Assembly: GCA_031279085.1 (NCBI GenBank)
Contig: JAITJD010000011.1
Span: 1 to 57,914, forward strand
Source of the DNA: Rickettsiales bacterium
GTDB lineage: Bacteria > Pseudomonadota > Alphaproteobacteria > Rs-D84
Length of the DNA stretch: 57,914 nt
Direction: 5' to 3'
Shown here: one piece after another, positions 48,337-55,148 of the stretch
Position numbering within the stretch: position 1 is the stretch's first letter
Layout of the letters: every line of letters begins with the position of its first letter
Position numbers and translations under genes: made by a program
The notes under the pieces: model-generated
What the model was told of the DNA's origin: nothing
What the model saw: only the letters and a program-made list of their open reading frames with translations
The model's database searches: none

Positions 48337-49604
48337 TTTTTCTTAAACCATCCCGTAGCGGTTTTGATTTTTTTGCCAAAATCTTTGGCGCCCTTCCAAG
48401 TTGTTTTAATATCGCCAGTCGCTTTCTTGTGCAGGGCGTCCATATTTTCGCCCGTGTATTTTTTCAGCTGTTCGCGCGTTAGATCGAATATTCTGGTCAT
48501 CAGATAAAATGTCAGGATTGTCGAAAGCCACAGGATTGAATGCTGGCCGAATCCCATGGCGCTGTTTGCGACCTGCGGAACATTGCTGGCGGCAGAGCCG
48601 CCCGCCGCCACGACAAAGACCGAGCTGTTCCATTGAAACAGCGCCTTGATGATGGCGATGTTTATCGCCAGTATGAACGCGCATGCGATCATCGTTATCA
48701 CCAGTTTTTGCAGCGCCTTGATTATTCCGTCAAAAGCGGGCCATAAATCCAGCCACTTGTCGGGATTTTTCGGCTTGGCGACCCACATCAGGACTTGAAA
48801 AGGATATAATACCAGCGCCATTCCGAAATTGAATATCCCCTGGATAATCAATAATGCCATGAAAAAGTTGCTGGATACGAAAGACACGACCAGCAGTATA
48901 CCGGTCAACAGATTCAGAAAATCTTCGCCGCCGCGCGGAATTAAAGTCATCAAACCAAGCAGGCCTTTGTTTACGAACTCAAAGCCGCGCTTGATAATCT
49001 GATTGTTCGCATGCGACAAGGTTGCCACCGGCTGCACTAGAAAATTACAACCTTCGGCAGAAATCCAGCCTTTTTCGATAATCCCCGTCGGACATTCAGG
49101 ATTTTTCGGCCTGCCCGAAGGCATGTTGATGCTTTTGATTATGCTTTCGGTATACAACGCGCCGACTTGCAGGAACGGGTCGACAATCCATTTTGTTACA
49201 TAAACGGGCTTTACCTGTAAAAGAATCGTCGCGGCGATTATTGCGCGAATGGCCGGTTTCAGCATATTCTGGGCGATGTCCATTCCTTTGGCTTTGCCCT
49301 CCCACATTTCGCCGCCGCCCGAAAATCCGAAAAAATTCAGCCAGTTTTGCGGAAAATACATCTTGACCAAGTACAAGCCCATCGACACGCCCAAAAATCC
49401 CCAAATAAGTATGTAAATGATTCCATCGCCTCCGCCCACAAAAAAATCATAAACGCCCGTCGCCACCCCCATCAAAGCGTCCAGCGCTATCGGAACGAAC
49501 GGCGCCAGGTTAAGGCTATCCACAATTCCCCATTCGGCAAACGCCGGCGTGGCCAGCGCAAAAGAACAAAGAGCAAAAAGAAAAGAACAGAAAAACTTAT
49601 TCAT
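48333..49604 (-). CDS. Polytopic membrane protein, paralog P4 (VirB6/TrbL-like architecture)
   Basis: 423 aa with the signal peptide 'ALATPAFAEW' and the Cys-pair loop 'PECPTG...AEGCNF'. The TM core contains 'GMALVLYPFQVLMWVA'. The tail is 'TTWKGAKDFGKKIKTATGWFKKK'. It is the first gene of the minus-strand operon. Confidence 0.6.
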   Translation of the reverse strand: MNKFFCSFLFALCSFALATPAFAEWGIVDSLNLAPFVPIALDALMGVATGVYDFFVGGGDGIIYILIWGFLGVSMGLYLVKMYFPQNWLNFFGFSGGGEMWEGKAKGMDIAQNMLKPAIRAIIAATILLQVKPVYVTKWIVDPFLQVGALYTESIIKSINMPSGRPKNPECPTGIIEKGWISAEGCNFLVQPVATLSHANNQIIKRGFEFVNKGLLGLMTLIPRGGEDFLNLLTGILLVVSFVSSNFFMALLIIQGIFNFGMALVLYPFQVLMWVAKPKNPDKWLDLWPAFDGIIKALQKLVITMIACAFILAINIAIIKALFQWNSSVFVVAAGGSAASNVPQVANSAMGFGQHSILWLSTILTFYLMTRIFDLTREQLKKYTGENMDALHKKATGDIKTTWKGAKDFGKKIKTATGWFKKK

Positions 49605-49613
49605 CGCTCTATT

Positions 49614-49651
49614 ATTATATCATAAAAAGAGTCGTGATTTTATGATATAAT
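49614..49651. promoter_or_regulatory. Perfect 14-bp inverted repeat forming back-to-back extended -10 promoter elements
   Basis: attatatcataaaa (49614-49627), a 10-nt spacer, then ttttatgatataat (49638-49651). Each arm reads TGATATAAT (TGnTATAAT) pointing outward, toward P4 on the minus strand and P5 on the plus strand. Confidence 0.55.
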
Positions 49652-49702
49652 AGCAAAAACAAACCTCGTTATGCCCGCGCAAGTCGGTCAGAAGGACAAA
49701 AT

Positions 49703-50992
49703 GTGAACCGATTGAAAAAATTTTGGATAGTCTTTCTTTCCTTTCTGCCTTTTGCGGCCGGAGCGGTTGCCCCGCTGGTTGTCGGCGGAATCGCGGGCCT
49801 GGGCGTTATAGCCGGCTTTTCAATATACCGTTCCGTCGCGCCGGTCAATATGGCCGACGCGCTGTCGTTTTTTTCCAGCTGCTGGTCCTGCCAGATGTTT
49901 TCCGATATCATGGCCACTATGTCGGGCTTGCTGCCGCGCGTGTATAGCGCCATAGGACAGGCCACGATTCCAATATGCATAGGTCTGACCGCCGTATGGT
50001 TTGCATGGCGCCTGCTGTCCGGATATCTGGGCATAAACAAAATTGAAGAGCCATGGGCAATAGCGGGCGGATTCGGAACGCACATAATAAAACTGGGGTT
50101 TATCGTGGCATTGCTGGCTTTTCCCTTGCCGCGATTATTGACCAATGTCGTCATAGAGCCGGTCTTTAATGTCGGTCTGTCGCTTAACCGAGCGGTGGCT
50201 TCAGATAAAACTTTTGCAGAGTGCGTGGTTGCAACCGCAATCGACGAGACGGTTTCAATCGATAAGGCGGCCGCATCAGATGGAGCATTTTCGCCAAAAT
50301 TGCGGTATAACCTGACTTGCGAGCTGGCCGGAATCCATCAGATGACGGGGCTTGGAATGACCGTTGGCTGGACAATGCTGAACATGGCTTTTAATTCCAA
50401 GTACATGCACAAGCTTATATGGAATATTCCGATATTTCCGAATGTTCCGATATTCTTTGCGGGGCTGCTGATATTGGTTTTGTTCTTCTTCGCATTGCTG
50501 CCGGTGCCGATCTACTTATTAGAGGTATTCATAACCCTGTCCATGGATTTGATAATGCTGCCGCTGATGTTGCTGGGCTGGCTTTTCAAAGACTGGAAAA
50601 TTGCGGATTGGGGCGGAAAAACCGTCAAGGGAATCATCGATGATGTCGTGAAGAATACGGTCGGAATCGCGCTGATCGGGGTTTTCATATCCTTTTCCGT
50701 GATATTTCTTAATTCCGTGTTCGAAAAATGGCCGGGCGCATCATATTTGAAAGCGGCGCTGGAAAGCAACAAATCGGAAATCTTGATGGACGGATTGCTT
50801 ATGAACAACGACAGTTTGATAACCATCGTCTTGATGGGACTGTTCATCGCGATGTTTATGAGCATGATACCCGCGCTGGTAAAGACTTTGTTCGCGATAG
50901 AAATTCCGCAAAGCTTTTACGAAAATACAAAAAAGAACCTGAATATCGTATGGGGGAATATGAAAAAATGGTACGAATCTATAAAAAAATAA
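49703..50992 (+). CDS. Polytopic membrane protein, paralog P5 (VirB6/TrbL-like architecture)
   Basis: 429 aa with a GTG start 6 nt after a GAAGGA RBS. It has the CxxC 'SSCWSCQMFSDIM' and the Cys-pair loop 'FAECVV...NLTCEL'. The TM core contains 'LIMLPLMLLGWLF'. The tail is 'NIVWGNMKKWYESIKK'. It is divergent from P4. Confidence 0.6.
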   Translation: MNRLKKFWIVFLSFLPFAAGAVAPLVVGGIAGLGVIAGFSIYRSVAPVNMADALSFFSSCWSCQMFSDIMATMSGLLPRVYSAIGQATIPICIGLTAVWFAWRLLSGYLGINKIEEPWAIAGGFGTHIIKLGFIVALLAFPLPRLLTNVVIEPVFNVGLSLNRAVASDKTFAECVVATAIDETVSIDKAAASDGAFSPKLRYNLTCELAGIHQMTGLGMTVGWTMLNMAFNSKYMHKLIWNIPIFPNVPIFFAGLLILVLFFFALLPVPIYLLEVFITLSMDLIMLPLMLLGWLFKDWKIADWGGKTVKGIIDDVVKNTVGIALIGVFISFSVIFLNSVFEKWPGASYLKAALESNKSEILMDGLLMNNDSLITIVLMGLFIAMFMSMIPALVKTLFAIEIPQSFYENTKKNLNIVWGNMKKWYESIKK

Positions 50993-51060
50993 AAAATCAA
51001 GAGTTTTATTTAACGAAGGTGTCTTTTATGAGCCTGCCGAATCTGATATAATTCATATCA

Positions 51061-51570
51061 ATGAAAGCAAATCCTATTCTTTACTGGCCGCGAAAAGAAG
51101 GCGACAACTCTGAATATCAACTGGCGCGCAAGGTCATAAGCGCCAAATCAGGCGTTATGCCCCAAGTCGTCGCGGAAGATGTCGACATTGCCGAATTGAT
51201 TTTAAAAAATCCAGACAATGTCCTGTATTATCCGGTTTTTTGCGAATCCTCCGGCTGGTGGGGCGAACTGTTGAACGGCGATGCGGTCGTCACCAATAAA
51301 CTGATAATTTCCCCTGAATGTCAGCTGATGGTCATTGAAAACAAAAATAAAGCGAATCAAAAGGGACAGAATCACCTGCTGGCGGCGGAAATATACCCGG
51401 CCAGCGGATTTTTCAAGAAAATGAATTCGGGCGTCGCCATCGTGTCTGATATGCTGGCGACAGACGCTGGAACAATATTGGCGCTGTTTTCCGGAAAAAA
51501 TCAAAATCAGTTTGTAAATATCCTGGAATCCACAGGCAATTTTTATTTGGGCTGTATAGGAAGGTATTGA
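51061..51570 (+). CDS. Hypothetical soluble protein (169 aa)
   Basis: A clean ATG ORF with no TM helix or signal peptide and no recognisable motif. It lies 68 nt downstream of P5 on the same strand. Confidence 0.5.
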   Translation: MKANPILYWPRKEGDNSEYQLARKVISAKSGVMPQVVAEDVDIAELILKNPDNVLYYPVFCESSGWWGELLNGDAVVTNKLIISPECQLMVIENKNKANQKGQNHLLAAEIYPASGFFKKMNSGVAIVSDMLATDAGTILALFSGKNQNQFVNILESTGNFYLGCIGRY

Positions 51571-51620
51571 TAGTAAGTAAATAGTCGGGGGACAGGGGAC
51601 GGTTTATAATAAGCTTTCTC

Positions 51621-51648
51621 TTGCTTTTCCAAAAAATCCAAGTATAAT
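51621..51648 (+). promoter_or_regulatory. Candidate sigma70 promoter of rpmE
   Basis: -35 TTGCTT (51621-51626), a 16-nt spacer, and -10 TATAAT (51643-51648), about 30 nt upstream of the rpmE ATG. Confidence 0.55.
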
Positions 51649-51679
51649 CACACCCCGAACAAGGCAAAAAGGCATAGCT

Positions 51680-51889
51680 ATGAAAAAAGGAATTCATCCC
51701 GCATATCATGAAATAAATGTCACCATGACAGACGGAAAAACTGTAAAAATGTATTCTTCGGTAAAAAAAGATTTGGTTTTGTCCACGGACAATTTGAATC
51801 ATTCCGCATGGACCGGCCAGCGCGCCGCCGTCGACAGGGGCCAGCGCGCCGCCGACTTTAAAAAGAAATTCGACGGATTTAAGTTTTAA
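51680..51889 (+). CDS. rpmE: 50S ribosomal protein L31 (non-zinc form)
   Basis: 69 aa with 'MKKGIHPAYHEINVTMTDG...HSAWTG...FKKKF'. It has no CxxC pairs. Confidence 0.93.
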   Translation: MKKGIHPAYHEINVTMTDGKTVKMYSSVKKDLVLSTDNLNHSAWTGQRAAVDRGQRAADFKKKFDGFKF

Positions 51890-51894
51890 TGCAT

Positions 51895-51924
51895 GACGGC
51901 GGATGTAAAACCACATCCGCCGTC
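51895..51924 (+). terminator. Strong hairpin after rpmE (terminator/attenuator, weak U-tract)
   Basis: A perfect 12-bp stem, gacggcggatgt (51895-51906) with acatccgccgtc (51913-51924), and a 6-nt loop. The downstream sequence is only weakly T-rich. Confidence 0.5.
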
Positions 51925-51935
51925 TGCCGCTTGCT

Positions 51936-52658
51936 ATGGAAAAACTGATAAAAGGCTCTTTGGAATTAAACAAGATGTTCGCCGCATTGCAGCGGACGGC
52001 CGTCTTTCTGCGCCGCGATTTCGGAGAACTGGAAAACTTGCAGCAATCTTTGCGCGGCGCGCGGGACTTTGTTAAAAAAGCATCCGCGCACATAGAGGAA
52101 AGCATTTTATCCGACCTGCTGCTGGTCCGCCCGTCGGCCGGCCTTTTGACGCAGCATATCACGAAAGCCGGCGACGGCCGTGATGAATTTGTTTTGGCTT
52201 TGTCCGGCGCCGCCAATTTTGTGCGGTCAAATCCGCGTTTCGCCATATCGCTTGCGCTAAGGTCTGTGGGCGAGACAAAGATTGCTCTGATTTACACTCC
52301 CGTTGGCGAAAAATTATATTATGCCGAAAAGGACAGCGGCGCGTATTTGTTTTCCGCGTATCATTCCGCGAAAATAAAAGTATCGAACATATCTGACGCA
52401 AAAGATCTGACAGTCGGGTTTGGCGACGCCGCGCTTATCGTCGATCACCCATCGCTTGCGCGCGTCGCGCGTTTGAGCGGCTGTCCCGCATTGGATCTGG
52501 CATGGGTTGCGGCCGGCAAATTCGACGCTTATGTTTCCGACCCGCTGGATTATGCCGAAATCGCCGCCGGCGAGCTGCTGATTAAAGAAGCGGGCGGCAC
52601 AATTTCAATGGAATCCATGCTGGTCGCCACAAACGGCAAAGTTTTAATTGAAAAATGA
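51936..52658 (+). CDS. Inositol-monophosphatase-fold (SuhB-like) protein, catalytic motif degenerate
   Basis: 240 aa. The C-terminal 'LDYAEIAAGELLIKEAGG' matches the IMPase WD.AAG...EAGG block. The position of the 'DPiDGTtNF' motif instead reads 'LALSGAANF'. Confidence 0.7.
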   Translation: MEKLIKGSLELNKMFAALQRTAVFLRRDFGELENLQQSLRGARDFVKKASAHIEESILSDLLLVRPSAGLLTQHITKAGDGRDEFVLALSGAANFVRSNPRFAISLALRSVGETKIALIYTPVGEKLYYAEKDSGAYLFSAYHSAKIKVSNISDAKDLTVGFGDAALIVDHPSLARVARLSGCPALDLAWVAAGKFDAYVSDPLDYAEIAAGELLIKEAGGTISMESMLVATNGKVLIEK

Positions 52659-52739
52659 AGAAAGAATAAAAAAGGCATGCAAAGCGCCTGTTTTTCATTA
52701 TGATGTTTTTTCTTCATTCTTTACAAATCGGTTTTGCGA

Positions 52740-54782
52740 ATGAAGCTTAAAAAGACTTTTCATATTGTAATCGGCGCGATATTTTGGTGCATGGTCGCCG
52801 GCATGGCGGCTCTGGCCGCATTGATTCTTGTTTACGGAAACAAACTGCCGGATTATAAAAGCTTGGCGGAATACGCCCCGCCGGTGGCGACCCGGCTTTA
52901 TGCGTCCGACGGCAGCCTGCTGATAGAATACGCCCAGGAACGTCGCGTGTTCATAGATTTTGCGGATATTCCGGAACAATTGGCAAATGCCTTCATTGCG
53001 GCCGAAGACCAGAATTTCTGGACTCACCCCGGCATCGACATGCAGGGAATATTGCGCGCTTCCATGAATAATTTCATGCGTCTTCTGGGATTTAACAAAC
53101 GGTTTACGGGCGCTTCCACGATAACCCAGCAGGTCGCGAAGAATTTCTTTCTGACATCTGACAGAACACTATCGCGCAAAATCAAGGAAGCTATTTTAGC
53201 CTTGAAGCTGGAAAGAAGTTTTTCCAAAAAGCATATAATGACATTATATCTGAATCAAATATTCTTGGGGGCGCGCGCCTATGGCGTGGGATCGGCCGCC
53301 CTGATGTATTTCAACAAGCCCGTTTCGGAATTGACTTTATCAGAATCCGCTTTTCTGGCGTCGCTGCCCAAGGCGCCGAATAATCGCGACGCGGCGATGG
53401 AACGCAGAAATTATGTCTTGAAAAGAATGGTTGCAGAGAAATACATAAGCCGCGCGGAAGCTGACGCGGCCATGGCGGAGCCTTTGGATATCAACAGCGG
53501 ATTCACCGCGCAGATGGAAGACGACTTTCAATACTTCGCCGAAGATGTGCGGCGCCAGCTGCTGGACAGCATGGGCAGGGAAGTTCTTTATAACGGCGGC
53601 CTGTATATCAAGACGACGATATCGCCAAGCTTTCAGCGCGCCGCCAGCGCGGCCTTGAACAAGGCATTGGATGCATACAGCGCGTCAAGAAATGAAAAAT
53701 TGCAAGGCGCGATTATCGCGATGAATCCTCACACGGGGCGCATTCTGGCCATGGCGGGCGGCCGCTCTTTTTACGAAAGCTCTTTCAATCGCGCGACTCA
53801 GGCTATGCGCCAAATCGGCAGCACGATAAAGCCGTTCGTTTATCTGGCCGCGCTGGAGCGCGGCATGTCCCCCGAAGCTCTGCTGCTGGACGCGCCGATC
53901 GTGGGCTGGAAGGAAGACGATACGTTATGGAAGCCGGAAAATTATGACAAAAAGTTTTTAGGCAGCATTCCATTGCGCCTGTCTTTGGAAACATCGCGCA
54001 ATGTTCCCACAGTCCGGCTTGTGGATCAAATCGGCGTTCGAAATGCCGTCGAAGCCGCCCAGCGCTTTGGCGTTTATCCCGAAGATTTGCGGAATATGAA
54101 CTTGTCGCTGGCGCTTGGGTCTGGCGAAACGACATTGGAAAAATTGGTTTTGGGGTATTCGGCTTTCATCAACGGCGGACATTTGATAAAATCAAAAATA
54201 GTCGATTATATCGAAGACAGATACGGCCGCGTCGTTTCATCAAAGAATATTCCAGACCCGACGGAATGGAGCCATGATTTGACTCCGCCTGTCATAGAAT
54301 TGAATTCAGAGCCTTTGTCGGATCCGCAAAGCTTGTATCAAATTGTGTCGATTTTGCAGGGCACTGTGGAAAGGGGCACGGGAAAGCAGGCGCGGGTGCC
54401 GGGGCATACCATCGCCGGAAAGACGGGCACGACAAACGAAGTGAAAGATGTTTGGTTTGTCGGGTTTTCTAAAAATCTGATAGCCGGCGTTTACCTCGGA
54501 TATGACAATCCAAAGCCGCTGGGCGCCGGCGCGGGAAGCCATATTGCGGCGACAGTGTTCTCGGACTTTATGAAAGTCGCTTTGGCGGATGAGAAAAACC
54601 AGCCTTTTGCGGTTCCGGACGGAATGTCGTTTGTACGCGTCAACCGCCGCAGCGGGATTGCAGCGTCCCATGATTCCGACGGGACGATAATAACCGAAGT
54701 CTTCAAGGCGGGACAGGAACCAAATCCTGCGCCGAATGCGCGGGAATCTTCTGGAAATCCGGTAATCGGCGAAGTCTTTTGA
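52740..54782 (+). CDS. mrcA: Penicillin-binding protein 1A (bifunctional transglycosylase/transpeptidase)
   Basis: The ORF track starts at the TTG at 52734; the ATG is at 52740. It has the GT51 motifs 'AAEDQNFWTHPGID' and 'GASTITQQVAKN', and the TP motifs 'STIKP' and 'KTGTTN'. Confidence 0.93.
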   Translation: MKLKKTFHIVIGAIFWCMVAGMAALAALILVYGNKLPDYKSLAEYAPPVATRLYASDGSLLIEYAQERRVFIDFADIPEQLANAFIAAEDQNFWTHPGIDMQGILRASMNNFMRLLGFNKRFTGASTITQQVAKNFFLTSDRTLSRKIKEAILALKLERSFSKKHIMTLYLNQIFLGARAYGVGSAALMYFNKPVSELTLSESAFLASLPKAPNNRDAAMERRNYVLKRMVAEKYISRAEADAAMAEPLDINSGFTAQMEDDFQYFAEDVRRQLLDSMGREVLYNGGLYIKTTISPSFQRAASAALNKALDAYSASRNEKLQGAIIAMNPHTGRILAMAGGRSFYESSFNRATQAMRQIGSTIKPFVYLAALERGMSPEALLLDAPIVGWKEDDTLWKPENYDKKFLGSIPLRLSLETSRNVPTVRLVDQIGVRNAVEAAQRFGVYPEDLRNMNLSLALGSGETTLEKLVLGYSAFINGGHLIKSKIVDYIEDRYGRVVSSKNIPDPTEWSHDLTPPVIELNSEPLSDPQSLYQIVSILQGTVERGTGKQARVPGHTIAGKTGTTNEVKDVWFVGFSKNLIAGVYLGYDNPKPLGAGAGSHIAATVFSDFMKVALADEKNQPFAVPDGMSFVRVNRRSGIAASHDSDGTIITEVFKAGQEPNPAPNARESSGNPVIGEVF

Positions 54783-54807
54783 TTTTTAACTCTTGGTATG
54801 GTATAAT
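54779..54807 (+). promoter_or_regulatory. Candidate sigma70 promoter with extended -10 upstream of the MliC-like gene
   Basis: -35 TTGATT (54779-54784), a 17-nt spacer, and TGgTATAAT with its -10 at 54802-54807. An AAAGGAG RBS follows before the ATG at 54839. Confidence 0.55.
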
Positions 54808-54838
54808 CATATCGAATTAAAAATTAAAGGAGAAAAAA

Positions 54839-55129
54839 ATGAAGAAATTAATATTTTGCCTGATTGCCGCGACAACTCTGGCTGCCTGTAAAAGCCCTGA
54901 CAAGCCCATGAAGTGCGGCGAATACGAGGTTTTTGTTTCCGTGTCTGAAAATGGAGATTATTTAAAGGCGGTCATCAACGGCGACAATGTCGTGTTGGAA
55001 AACAAAGTATCCGCATCCGGCGCGCGCTATGTCGGCGTTTTGAACGATACGGAGGTTACTCTTTGGAGCAAGGGCCAGGATTGGATGCTGATTATTAATG
55101 GCGACCAACCGATTGATTGCGTAAGATAA
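54839..55129 (+). CDS. MliC-like lipoprotein (putative c-type lysozyme inhibitor)
   Basis: 96 aa with the lipobox 'TLAAC'. It also has 'SASGARYVG...VTLWSKGQDWMLII...DC', which resembles the MliC fold signature. Confidence 0.55.
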   Translation: MKKLIFCLIAATTLAACKSPDKPMKCGEYEVFVSVSENGDYLKAVINGDNVVLENKVSASGARYVGVLNDTEVTLWSKGQDWMLIINGDQPIDCVR

Positions 55130-55148
55130 CAGAAACACAAGGTTTTTT

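Noticed and set aside
49669-50154. A minus-strand ORF of 161 aa lies antisense to paralog P5, and similar antisense ORFs lie inside P1-P4 (for example 44957-45508 and 48406-48684).
   Set aside because: These are shadow frames inside long membrane-protein genes. Their translations are R/G/A-rich and they have no RBS.
51413-52246. A minus-strand ORF of 277 aa spans the rpmE gene and the start of the IMPase-like gene.
   Set aside because: It overlaps a clear ribosomal protein gene, its promoter and its terminator hairpin. The sequence is Arg/Ser/Cys-rich and not protein-like.
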